From NCBI GenBank assembly GCA_964514585.1, contig CAZETU010000002.1:139687-203686 (forward strand): a stretch of 64,000 nucleotides of DNA, in the 5' to 3' direction. A program made the position numbers and the translations under genes. This document shows, piece after piece, positions 37,790 through 47,300 of the stretch (position 1 is the stretch's first letter; each line of letters opens with the position of its first letter). Source of the DNA: Candidatus Woesearchaeota archaeon (lineage in GTDB: Archaea > Nanobdellota > Nanobdellia > Pacearchaeales > GW2011-AR1). Below the pieces are notes generated by a model. The model ran no database searches. It worked only from the letters and a program-made list of their open reading frames with translations, and was not told where the DNA came from.

Positions 37790-40204
37790 ATGAGAGGTAT
37801 TGCGTTAATTTTTTCTTTAATTTTTTCTTTAATTGTAATTGTTTTTGGTGTTTGGTTTATAGGTGGGGATTCTGATAATCGTTTTTTGGAGGATCCTGAT
37901 ATAGTGAGTTTTGATTTGAATGAAAACGAAGATGTGGCTTATGTCAAATTTAATTTGGATGAGAATAAAGGAGTGCCTAATAAAATTAAGTTTATTTTTA
38001 GAGATGGTGTTAATGATTTTGTTTATGAGACTGATTTTGATGGAAATGGATTTTTTTATGAAGGTAAGGAGTATGATTATTTGATTTCTTTGAGTGATTT
38101 GAGTGTTACCTCTTTTGATTCTTTTGATTCTCTGGAAGTTCTTTTTGGTTATGTGGACGAAAGTGACGAAAGTGAGAGTGATAAAAATGAAGTTGTGGTT
38201 TTTGATAAATCAGATAGTTCGGGTGGCACTACTAGTTCTGGAGGTTCGGGTAATTCTGGAGGTTCTAATGATATTAAAGAGAGCGATGACTGTGTTGTGG
38301 ACTGCGAAAATAAAAGTTGTGGCGACGATGGTTGTGATGGGAGTTGTGATGAGTGTAATTCTAGTTTTGTTTGTGACTTTTCTGGTAGTTGTGTTTTGGA
38401 GGATTTGTGTAATGATACTTGTTCTAGTATTGGAAGAGAGTGTGGTTTTTATGAGATTTGTGGTGTACGGGAAGATTGTGGACCTTGTAATGATGGGTAT
38501 AGTTGTGACGAGGGTGTTTGTGTTAAGGAGGTTACTCCGCCCGTTTGTGTTCCTAATGTTTGTAGTACAACTGACTGTGGTGTTATTAGTGACGGTTGCG
38601 ACTCTGTGATTGATTGTGGGGATTGTGAAGTTATTTTGGGTGATGTTTTTTATGTTTCTGTTGGTGGAAGCGGGAATCGTGATGGTTCTAGTATTGGCAA
38701 TTCTATGAGTATTGGGTCTTCGCAGAGTTATGCTTCGAATAATCCGTCGACGGCTTTAATATTTATTTTGGCTGGTGGTAATTATGGAGATTTGATTTTT
38801 TCTGGAGTTCAGAGGAGTGCGTGGGCAACGTGGATGACAAATGGTGGTGCTAGTCTTAGGTTTACTAGGTTGAAGGTTGAAAATTCTGAGGGTGCTTACT
38901 TGAGATTTGTTGGTTTGAATATTGAGCATCCTGTGCCTAGTCCGATGCCGGCTGATGATGGGCATAGGCATTATAGTGCTTTGGGTGATTTAGTTGAGTT
39001 TAGGGATTCGAGTTATGTTGAGTTGAAGGATAGTTTGATTAAGGGTTACAATAAGTATCTTTCTCAGATGGGTGTGGAAATTTATAATTCTGATTATATT
39101 ACTGTTGAGGATTGTGAAGTGACTAATACTGTTCGAGGGTTTATGATTCAGGGAGGGAGTAATAATGCGCGGATTATTGGTAATTATTTGCATCATGTTT
39201 CTGAGGGTTCTGGTATAAGATTCCAAAGTGGGAGTGATGGTGGGATTGCGGTTGGTAATATTCTTTATTATCAACAGGGTAGTGGGAATGAGCCATACTT
39301 TCCTGATAATGATAATGTTGTTTGGCATCCTGGTAGTGCGATTTCTATTCGATCTGATGGGTTGACGATTGTTAATAATGTGATTCATGGTGGATATTCT
39401 CAAGGGTTAATGTTTTATACGGATGGTCAGGCGACTTATGATAATATGTTGGTTGAAGGAAATGTTTTTTATGATACTGGGAGGATTGCTTTGTATCAGT
39501 GTGGTAGGAATGTAACGGTTCGTGATAATACGATTATTGGGGATGTTCGACTTGATAGGTTGACTAATTGGCCTAGCGTTAGACAAAGGTATGATGCTGC
39601 TGGGGCGTATTTGTCTGTTATGACGAGGGGTGGAAGTGATCTTTCTACAATTAGTGTTTATAATAATCTTGGAATGGCCGTTAGACATCCTGATGGTTCT
39701 ACTTTTGGGAGGAACATTAAATGGGGCTGTGCGAGCGGAAGTGACTTTTTTGTTTTTTGTTATGATGGCTCGAAATATCATGGTTATCCTAATTTCTATG
39801 AAGATACGGGATTTTATTGGGGCACTCCTGAGTGGAATTATGCCGATGATGGTTTGCAACAATTGTTTGTCGACGATGATGTTGGGTATTGTTATGGGAC
39901 TTCTTGTGGTGGTGATGAGTTTAAGACTTTTGATTTTAGGCCGTTGATTACTTCGGTTGTTTGTAATGGGGGATATTTGCATGGGGATAGGGTTTTGAGT
40001 TGGGCTGTTCCTGGGGAGGTTGCTAGTGGGGCATTGAGTTGTGCTTGTAGGGCGACTAGTGAGTGTGTTGAGGTTTTGGGAAGTGGGTATACTTGTGATT
40101 CTAGTGGAAGTTGTGTTGGTGGTGTGCCCGTGACTGGGAATGTTGTTTGGGAAATTGAAGATGGATTTTCTTTGATTGAATGGGTTAAGGGGTTGATTCG
40201 GTAG
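37790..40204 (+). CDS. Surface protein with Cys-rich repeats and right-handed parallel beta-helix domain
   Basis: N-terminal anchor, CGDDGCDGSC-type Cys repeats, PbH1-like repeats (ITVEDCEVTN, ARIIGNYLH, LTIVNNVIH, LVEGNVFY). Confidence 0.8.
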   Translation: MRGIALIFSLIFSLIVIVFGVWFIGGDSDNRFLEDPDIVSFDLNENEDVAYVKFNLDENKGVPNKIKFIFRDGVNDFVYETDFDGNGFFYEGKEYDYLISLSDLSVTSFDSFDSLEVLFGYVDESDESESDKNEVVVFDKSDSSGGTTSSGGSGNSGGSNDIKESDDCVVDCENKSCGDDGCDGSCDECNSSFVCDFSGSCVLEDLCNDTCSSIGRECGFYEICGVREDCGPCNDGYSCDEGVCVKEVTPPVCVPNVCSTTDCGVISDGCDSVIDCGDCEVILGDVFYVSVGGSGNRDGSSIGNSMSIGSSQSYASNNPSTALIFILAGGNYGDLIFSGVQRSAWATWMTNGGASLRFTRLKVENSEGAYLRFVGLNIEHPVPSPMPADDGHRHYSALGDLVEFRDSSYVELKDSLIKGYNKYLSQMGVEIYNSDYITVEDCEVTNTVRGFMIQGGSNNARIIGNYLHHVSEGSGIRFQSGSDGGIAVGNILYYQQGSGNEPYFPDNDNVVWHPGSAISIRSDGLTIVNNVIHGGYSQGLMFYTDGQATYDNMLVEGNVFYDTGRIALYQCGRNVTVRDNTIIGDVRLDRLTNWPSVRQRYDAAGAYLSVMTRGGSDLSTISVYNNLGMAVRHPDGSTFGRNIKWGCASGSDFFVFCYDGSKYHGYPNFYEDTGFYWGTPEWNYADDGLQQLFVDDDVGYCYGTSCGGDEFKTFDFRPLITSVVCNGGYLHGDRVLSWAVPGEVASGALSCACRATSECVEVLGSGYTCDSSGSCVGGVPVTGNVVWEIEDGFSLIEWVKGLIR

Positions 40205-40234
40205 ATATTTAATGTGAGTTTTGTTTTTGTTTCT

Positions 40235-41239
40235 ATGAGAGTTCGTTATAGTTTTGGGTCGCGGCATACTGGTCGGATTGCGAATATTAAGAAGCAGCGG
40301 GGGAAGTATCCGGATGTTATGAAGGATGTAGTTAGAATTTCGGATATTGTTTTGGAGATTTTGGATGCGCGGTATATTGAGGAGACGCGGAATTTGGAGG
40401 TTGAGGCGGATGTTTTGGCGAAGGGGAAGAAGTTGATTTATATTTTGAATAAAGTTGATTTGGTTGATTCTAGGAAGCTGGAGATTGAATTGCCGAGGGA
40501 GATGAAGCCTTATGTTTTTGTTTCGGCGACTAAGGGGATTGGGCTTGGCGAGATTAAGTCGCGGATTAAGATGGAGGCGAAGAGGATTTTGAGTGTTAGG
40601 AAGAATGATGAGGTTGAGGTTGAGAAAGTAGTCAAGAAGAAGAAAGAGGAGAAGGGAGCTAAGAAGAAAAAAGACGAGAGCGTTGTTAAGGATATGAGGG
40701 GAGCTAAGCGGGTTCACGTTGGGGTTATTGGGTATCCGAATGCGGGGAAGTCTTCTGTGATTAATTTTATAACTCGGCGTGGTGTGGCTAAGACGGCGAA
40801 ACAGGCGGGTTTTACGAGGGGGATGCAGAAGATTCGGATGAGTGAGGATATTTTGATTTTGGATACGCCGGGGGTTATTCCTGATGCTAAGTATTCGACT
40901 GAGGTGAAAACTTTTGCGAGGGATGTGAAAGTTGGGGCGCGGACTTATAGTGATGTGAAGGATCCTGATGATATGATTGCTTATTTGATGACGGCGCCTG
41001 AGCCCGAAGATGCGGAGAATGTGACGGATGAGGAGAAGAAGGCGGTAAAGGAAGCTGAGAAGAATGCGAAGGCGATTGAGGAATTTTATGGGATTGATGC
41101 TAAGGGAGATAGTGAGGTTTTGATTGAGAAGTTGGGACGGCGGAAGAATTTTTTGAAGAAAGGTGGGGTTATTGATACTGATAGAGCGGCTCGGTTGGTT
41201 TTGAGGGATTGGCAAGAAGGGGCGATTAAGGTTAGGTGA
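40235..41239 (+). CDS. Circularly permuted RbgA/YlqF-family GTPase
   Basis: DAR, NKVD, SAT, GYPNAGKSS, DTPG in permuted order. Confidence 0.92.
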   Translation: MRVRYSFGSRHTGRIANIKKQRGKYPDVMKDVVRISDIVLEILDARYIEETRNLEVEADVLAKGKKLIYILNKVDLVDSRKLEIELPREMKPYVFVSATKGIGLGEIKSRIKMEAKRILSVRKNDEVEVEKVVKKKKEEKGAKKKKDESVVKDMRGAKRVHVGVIGYPNAGKSSVINFITRRGVAKTAKQAGFTRGMQKIRMSEDILILDTPGVIPDAKYSTEVKTFARDVKVGARTYSDVKDPDDMIAYLMTAPEPEDAENVTDEEKKAVKEAEKNAKAIEEFYGIDAKGDSEVLIEKLGRRKNFLKKGGVIDTDRAARLVLRDWQEGAIKVR

Positions 41240-41954
41240 TGGTCGAGGAAGAGATTGGGCAGAGAGTTTTTGAACAAGTTATGAATATCTGGGCTATTCC
41301 AGAAATGGAAAAGAGAAGGAAAGATGGAATATTAAAGGATGGATTTGAAATTAGGAGGGTTCAAGTTATTTTTACATTAGGTAAATCTCCAGAGATTAAA
41401 TTTAATGGAGATGTGGTGTTACAGCAATGGCTAAGGTAACTAGAGATATTATTAAAGGCGAAGAAGTAAAGTATTCAGATATTGAAAATATTGAGAAATT
41501 TATTGTTGATTATCCTTCTGATTCAGGACATATAACTTTGTTTAGATTTTTGGATAGGTGGATTATTATCTTTGATGCTAGATATAATAAAGAAAGAATA
41601 AAGGAATTAATTAAACGTTCTAAGGAATATTATGAAAGTGCAAAATCTGATTTAAATAAAAATAGATTAAGGCCTTTTTATGAAAATTGTTGGAATTCGG
41701 CAGAGCTGTCTGCTGTCTGTCATTCATTGGGTATTGGTGGAAAGATTGAGGGTCATGGAAAAAATATAAAGAATTTTGTCAAGTGGAGTGAATTAAAAAA
41801 TGTAGATAAAAAACATGCAGATATTTTATCTCGATTAAATAATCTAAGGAGATTAAAATATGATTGTTCGACGGGAACCGAAGAAGACCCAGAGATATTT
41901 TTGAAATCTACAGAGAAGATGATTGAAGAAGTGGAGAAGACGATAAGAGACTGA
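41239..41954 (+). pseudogene. Probable frameshifted HEPN-domain gene (two overlapping ORFs)
   Basis: ORFs 41236-41439 and 41427-41954 join near 41415; C-terminal LSRLNNLRRLKY is HEPN-like. Confidence 0.55.
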
Positions 41955-42001
41955 GATTGGGAGATGGAATAATTTAAATAGTTGTTTTTATATTTTATTT
42001 T

Positions 42002-42268
42002 ATGGAATTATCTTGGAATGATGTCAATCTTAAAAAAGTTAATATTATAGTTTCTAAGTCTCAAATGAACTCTTTTGTTGAAGTTGTAGGAAATAGTGTA
42101 GGAAAAGATGAGTTTATTTTAACGGAGAATGGAAAAAAATTAAAGACTACTCAGAATAAAGAGGGGATTAAACTTAATCAATTGGGAAGTCTCTCTTCTG
42201 GGTCTAAGAATTTTATTACGCGAAATATAGCTGATTATTCTGAATTTATTGCAAAGAAGAGGTCTTAG
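42002..42268 (+). CDS. Small hypothetical protein
   Basis: 88 aa in an A-rich accessory stretch. Confidence 0.55.
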   Translation: MELSWNDVNLKKVNIIVSKSQMNSFVEVVGNSVGKDEFILTENGKKLKTTQNKEGIKLNQLGSLSSGSKNFITRNIADYSEFIAKKRS

Positions 42269-42274
42269 TTTGAG

Positions 42275-43207
42275 ATGGAACCAGGCTCTTTTTTTGCGGG
42301 ACTTTCTGCTTTAAGGGGCATTTGGAATAAATTAAAGGGAACGCCGAAGATACAAAAGATTGATGCTAAATTATTTTCTAATAATAAATTAAGAAAGAAT
42401 TTTTTGAAGAAGAATAAGAATGCAATTTTTCTACAGTTTAATGGGGATATTAAGGGTGATGTTTATCTTGGTGATTTGACAAAAATGCCAGATGAGAAAA
42501 AAGAAGAATTAAAAGAGTCGTTTGATGGGAATGAAGAAAAAAATGAGATAGACATTGTAGATACTGACTTTTATTTTAGGGTAAAAAAATGGAAAAATGA
42601 TTATGGGGATTTTTCTAAAATCGAAAAATATCTTCCTTGTTTAGATGAGGATGTGGGTAGTATATTAAAACTTTCAACATATGCTGAAAAACTTTTTCAG
42701 AAGAAGGATATTGGAGAAGCGGAGTCTGTTAGGAATGATATTGGATATAAGTATAAGAAATGGGGAAGAAAACTTTCTAATCTTTATTTGTCGGGATATG
42801 TAAATGGAGTTTTGGAATATTTGCTTCTTACATGTGATGGTGATGCAAAAGAAATGCGTTCTAGAATAAATAAAGAAATAATATATTTTGTCAATCATTC
42901 TGAAAATATTTATTTTGTTTATGAGGGGGTGAGTGTAGATGAAACCACTTCTTCAATTAAAGCAAAAATCGATTTATCAAAACCATATATTGCAGTTCAT
43001 GCTGCTGGAAGAAATATAGAGATATCTAAAGATATAATGAATGGAGTTAGGGAGTATGCTCTTGATGCTGATTATAAAGTTGAAGAAGAAAAGAAGAAAG
43101 GTGTTTCGGGTGTCAATCTTTTTTATTCTTATTTCATAAAAAAGAAAAAGGATGATAAAGCTCCGCCAAAAATAGAACTTCCAGATTTACACGAGCGTAG
43201 CGATTAA
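42275..43207 (+). CDS. Hypothetical protein
   Basis: 310-aa A-rich ORF; no motif recognised. Confidence 0.7.
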   Translation: MEPGSFFAGLSALRGIWNKLKGTPKIQKIDAKLFSNNKLRKNFLKKNKNAIFLQFNGDIKGDVYLGDLTKMPDEKKEELKESFDGNEEKNEIDIVDTDFYFRVKKWKNDYGDFSKIEKYLPCLDEDVGSILKLSTYAEKLFQKKDIGEAESVRNDIGYKYKKWGRKLSNLYLSGYVNGVLEYLLLTCDGDAKEMRSRINKEIIYFVNHSENIYFVYEGVSVDETTSSIKAKIDLSKPYIAVHAAGRNIEISKDIMNGVREYALDADYKVEEEKKKGVSGVNLFYSYFIKKKKDDKAPPKIELPDLHERSD

Positions 43208-43293
43208 ATTTTCTAGGTTGCACGAGCGGAGCGATTTGTGTTGCTAATTGAGACTATAATAATTCTTATAAAGTGTGTTTTTGTGGGGCTGGG

Positions 43294-43944
43294 ATGCGAG
43301 ATGAGGGTTTGGATGCGCAGATAGAAAGGGTTTTTGGTGAGTTGGGAATATGTGATGAGTAGAAGGGTTCGATTTTGGCGTTTACGAATGTTCTTAGGGT
43401 AAAGGATGTTGCGTCTTGGGAGCATTCGGCTAGGGTTGGGTTGAAGAATGTTGATGTTGGGAGGTATACGCATATTGATGATCCGAGAGCTTGGTTTTAT
43501 ATTGGATTTATGCATGATGTTGGGAAGACTTTGACTGATTCGGGGTCTTTGAAGAAGGCTAGTGGTTTTGGGCCGGCGGATAAGAGGGAGTTGGATAAGC
43601 ATGTTGTGGATGGGGCTAGGATGGTTAGGGGGAAGTTTAATTTTACTGCGGCTGGGCTGATTTGGCATCATTATTTTTCTGGGGGGTATCCTTCTAAGAG
43701 GATGATGCCTGATTTGGGTGTTGAATTTTCTGAGGCTACTGAATTGAAGGCGATGTATCTTGGGAGGTTAACTGGGGTTGTTGATTTTTATGATGCGATA
43801 ACTAGTAGGAAGAATGATAAGTTTAGTACTGATGGGTCGCCATGTCTTCCTTCGAGGGAGCAGGCACGAGAGATTATGGTGAAGTGTAATCCTGATCAGA
43901 GATATTTTATTGGACAGTTATATGATTCTGGGATTTTTGAGTAG
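43294..43944 (+). pseudogene. HD-GYP-like phosphodiesterase interrupted by an in-frame TAG at 43360-43362
   Basis: HSARV, MHDVGK, HV..G, HHYFSGGYP, VDFYDAITS; the frame from ATG 43294 contains one TAG. Confidence 0.65.
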
Positions 43945-44607
43945 TTAGAATTTGAAGTTGATGGAGTAGATATGGTTTTTATTGACTCCTTGTGTTATCC
44001 ATTCTTCAAGGAAGAGGTTTCCAAGTTTGCCTAATTCAATGAGGTTTTTTTGAACTGTTTCTATGTTTTCAATTTCTCTTTGCATTTGTCCTTCTTCTCC
44101 ACAGCAAATTCTTAGTAATGAAGAGCCGGTACTGGTCTCATTTAATCTTGCTTGATAAGCCCATCCTGCGTCGCTTTCTCTCTCTATTCCTAGAAGTTCT
44201 GGGTTCTGAATTTTAAATGTGAAAGGGTCGCTTTCTATTGTGTATTCTACTTCTGTTCTTTCTTTGTATCCTCTTTGGATTTCTTTTTGTTTTTTAAGAT
44301 GCTTTGTATATTCTGTTTCGAAATATTCTGGGAAATTCTTGAAATCTTCTGTGGCTCCTACAATTCCCATTGATACTGCATAGTGTTTTCCCTTAACTTT
44401 AATTCTCGTTATTAATTCTCGTTTGTTAAATAAATCAATTTTGGAGTCTAGGACTTGTGTTGAGGGGCCTATGGGTTCATCCCCATCATCCTCATCACTG
44501 TCATCATCTGTGCAAACCATGCTTTCCCCGTAATCTTGTTGCCTGTGAGATATCATTAGCATTTCATTATAGACATCATCTAAATTAGAAATAACTGCGC
44601 CACCCAT
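43945..44607 (-). CDS. Hypothetical protein
   Basis: 220-aa ORF with an acidic stretch. Confidence 0.6.
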   Translation of the reverse strand: MGGAVISNLDDVYNEMLMISHRQQDYGESMVCTDDDSDEDDGDEPIGPSTQVLDSKIDLFNKRELITRIKVKGKHYAVSMGIVGATEDFKNFPEYFETEYTKHLKKQKEIQRGYKERTEVEYTIESDPFTFKIQNPELLGIERESDAGWAYQARLNETSTGSSLLRICCGEEGQMQREIENIETVQKNLIELGKLGNLFLEEWITQGVNKNHIYSINFKF

Positions 44608-44662
44608 ATGCTTTCTTATGCGGATTTAACTTTATAACGGATTATATTCTGGGATGTATATG

Positions 44663-45229
44663 TTAGAGAATATGTTTTGTTTTTTTGTCGACTTTTTCGA
44701 TTTGTTCGAGGATGTTTTCGATGAGGTCGTATTGTTTGGCCTCGGCCAAAGTGACCCATGCGTGCTGTGTTAGTTCGTCTTCTTTTAGTGTGACTTTGCC
44801 GCTGTCGTGGTCGGCGTGGAGTGAGATGATTATTGTTGAGAGGCCGTTTGGTCTGATGAATGCGAGGTTTGAAACGTAGCCGATATTTTTTATTGTGAGG
44901 TTTGTTTCTTCTTTGACTTCTCTTCTTAGGACTTTTTCGAAGATGTCGAGCCAGTGGTCTTTAGTATCTTTTGGGGTGTTGATGAAATCTGTTGTTTCAA
45001 CTTTTCCGCCTGGGACGCACCATTTGTTTGAGAATGCCTTTTCATTTGGGGAACGTTTGCAGATTAGATATTTATCTTCGGAGTTTTTTATTATTCCTGT
45101 GACGGCGATGTAATGGATTTTTTGTTCGTCGATTTTTTTTGGTTGTTCTAGAGAGGGAAATGCTTGAATTTCTTTTATCATTTGGTGGGTTTCTTTTATG
45201 GATTCTATTTTTTGGGTTATGTCGTTCAT
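44663..45229 (-). CDS. NUDIX hydrolase
   Basis: WCVPGGKVE...LRREVKEETNL. Confidence 0.9.
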   Translation of the reverse strand: MNDITQKIESIKETHQMIKEIQAFPSLEQPKKIDEQKIHYIAVTGIIKNSEDKYLICKRSPNEKAFSNKWCVPGGKVETTDFINTPKDTKDHWLDIFEKVLRREVKEETNLTIKNIGYVSNLAFIRPNGLSTIIISLHADHDSGKVTLKEDELTQHAWVTLAEAKQYDLIENILEQIEKVDKKTKHIL

Positions 45230-45657
45230 ATTTCTAGGCCTGTATATTTAATTAGGATTCTGATGTCTCTTTCTACTTGGTCAGGGTCTGAAGCGTGGAC
45301 TATTGTGTGTGGTGTTTCGTATGGTCCCCATTTTCCTCTTATCGTCCATGATGGATTGTCTTCATATTTCGTGGGGCCGGCGAGTCGTTTTACTATTGTT
45401 GCGATGTTTTTCCCTGTGGGGACTGTGAATGCGATTGGTTTTCCCGCGAAGTCTGATATCATAGTTTCGTATATTTCAGGATAGCCTTCTTCAACGTGTT
45501 CGTAGAATTTTCCCCATCCTTCTCGTGGCATTGTGGTTATTCTTTGTGTTGGGATTGTGGCGTTGGTTTGTTCTCTTAGGTATTGGAATATTTCGTCGGC
45601 GAAGGGTAGGTGTTCGTGTTTTACAAAAAGGAGTGTTCTATCTGTTGTGGTATCCAT
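45226..45657 (-). CDS. ndk: Nucleoside-diphosphate kinase
   Basis: TLLFVK, FY..H, GPT...TIRG..G, catalytic IVHASD. Confidence 0.85.
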   Translation of the reverse strand: MDTTTDRTLLFVKHEHLPFADEIFQYLREQTNATIPTQRITTMPREGWGKFYEHVEEGYPEIYETMISDFAGKPIAFTVPTGKNIATIVKRLAGPTKYEDNPSWTIRGKWGPYETPHTIVHASDPDQVERDIRILIKYTGLEI

Positions 45658-45708
45658 TTTAGAGTATATGAGTTTTTATATATAAATAGTTCCTCAAAAA
45701 ATTTGACT

Positions 45709-46302
45709 ATGGAGCGGGAAATTTTGGAACAGTTTTTGTATGCGAGTAAGTTGCGGTTTAATGAGATTGAGAAGGCTTTGGGAGTGCGGTCTAATAAGTT
45801 GAATTATCATTTGCAGAAGTTGGTATCTAAAGGTATACTTGTTAGAATCGGGGATTTTTATGAGCTTAGTGAGTCGTCGGAGTATATGATTCCTTATTTG
45901 TCTAGTAAGAAACATGTGCTTAGTGTTTTGTTGGTTCACGTCGGTAATTCTAGGGAAGCGTTTTTGATTGAGAGAAAGAAGCGGCCGTATCGGGGGAAAT
46001 TGAGTTTGCCTGGGGGTCGGTTGGTGATGGGTGAGTCGATTGAAGAAGGAGCTGTTCGGATTATGAAGAAGTTTGGGGTTGATGCGAAGTTTAAGGGCGT
46101 GAAGTCTGTTTCGTTGGAGCATTTGGAAAAGAAAGGAAAGGTGGTTGCTACTTATTTGTTGGTTTATGTGACTGTGAGTGCTGATGTCGATTTGGTTGAT
46201 TTGAAGAAGAATAGGCCTGAGATAATCGAGAGTGATTATTTGTTGATGACTGGGGACTTTGGGAAGAGATCAAAAATTAATATAATAAATTCTGTTGTTT
46301 AG
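45709..46302 (+). CDS. Winged-helix plus NUDIX domain protein
   Basis: N-terminal ArsR-like LNYHLQKL; C-terminal LPGGRLVMGESIEEGAVR. Confidence 0.8.
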   Translation: MEREILEQFLYASKLRFNEIEKALGVRSNKLNYHLQKLVSKGILVRIGDFYELSESSEYMIPYLSSKKHVLSVLLVHVGNSREAFLIERKKRPYRGKLSLPGGRLVMGESIEEGAVRIMKKFGVDAKFKGVKSVSLEHLEKKGKVVATYLLVYVTVSADVDLVDLKKNRPEIIESDYLLMTGDFGKRSKINIINSVV

Positions 46303-46358
46303 ATTCGTGTCTAAAGGCCTTGTAGGCAGTCATAGATCGAAAGAGTTTTTTCATTGGA

Positions 46359-46505
46359 TTATCTTCTAGCTATCCAACCGTTGTCGCTGGATTCCCAAGC
46401 TGCACCGTTCATTGCTCTATCAATCGCACGAATCACGGAGTCGCCGAGTTGTCCTCGTTCTATTGGCTTTCCGTTTTCTGATTCGAATTGTAGTTTAACT
46501 ATCAT
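46359..46505 (-). CDS. 48-aa small protein not in the ORF track
   Basis: Strong SD aaggaggt before ATG; MIVKLQFESENGKPIERGQLGDSVIRAIDRAMNGAAWESSDNGWIARR. Confidence 0.55.
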   Translation of the reverse strand: MIVKLQFESENGKPIERGQLGDSVIRAIDRAMNGAAWESSDNGWIARR

Positions 46506-46706
46506 TTTTTACCTCCTTATAATGTTTAGAATGTTTTTTTCTTTATATAGAAATATGAATTGGGAAGTATATTTGGTATCATAATTTGCTTTATATAGCG
46601 TTTGACTTGCGAGTGATGCTACTTAATTTTGGAGTAGTAGTGGCTTAACTTCAAGTTGATTTGGAGTCATCGTTTTATTTATATAGTAGAGTATATAGGT
46701 TGTTTT

Positions 46707-47300
46707 ATGGACGATAAACACATACTTGTGTCGCTTGGGGATGAGAAAGTTAAGCATATTGGTGAGGTAATTGGGAATAAATCTTGTAATCGAATTTTGG
46801 ATTTTTTGGCTGAGGAGGATGGGACGGTTAGTGATATTTCTAGGAAGTTGAAAATGCCGTTGAATACTGTTGATTATAATGTTAAGAAATTAGTTGAGTC
46901 TGGATTGATTGAAAAGGCGTCGCATTGGTGGAGTGTTAAAGGGAAGAAGATGCCGATATATCGTGTTTCGAATAGGAAGATAATTATTTCGCCGAAGAAG
47001 TCTATCTCTAGAGTTTTTGCTTGGGCTATTGGTTTGACTGGATTGGCGGCTTTGACGATTCGGAGTTTTATGGATAAGAGTGGTCCTCGCTTGGTGAATA
47101 CGGCTATTGTTATGGAAGAAGCTGTTTTTGATGCCGCTCCTAAGGCTATGGCTATGAATGATGTTGCGGTTGGCGTGGTTTCTTCTCAGAGTTTTTGGGC
47201 TGGGGTTAGTTCTTGGGAATGGTTTTTGTTTGGGGCTTGGTTTGCGATTTTGATATTTTTTGTAACAACATTAATAAATGATAAGAGGCATAAGTTATAA
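46707..47300 (+). CDS. ArsR-type HTH regulator with C-terminal TM helices
   Basis: RILDFLAEE..TVSDISRKL.MPLNTVDYNVKKLVESGLI followed by two hydrophobic helices. Confidence 0.8.
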   Translation: MDDKHILVSLGDEKVKHIGEVIGNKSCNRILDFLAEEDGTVSDISRKLKMPLNTVDYNVKKLVESGLIEKASHWWSVKGKKMPIYRVSNRKIIISPKKSISRVFAWAIGLTGLAALTIRSFMDKSGPRLVNTAIVMEEAVFDAAPKAMAMNDVAVGVVSSQSFWAGVSSWEWFLFGAWFAILIFFVTTLINDKRHKL

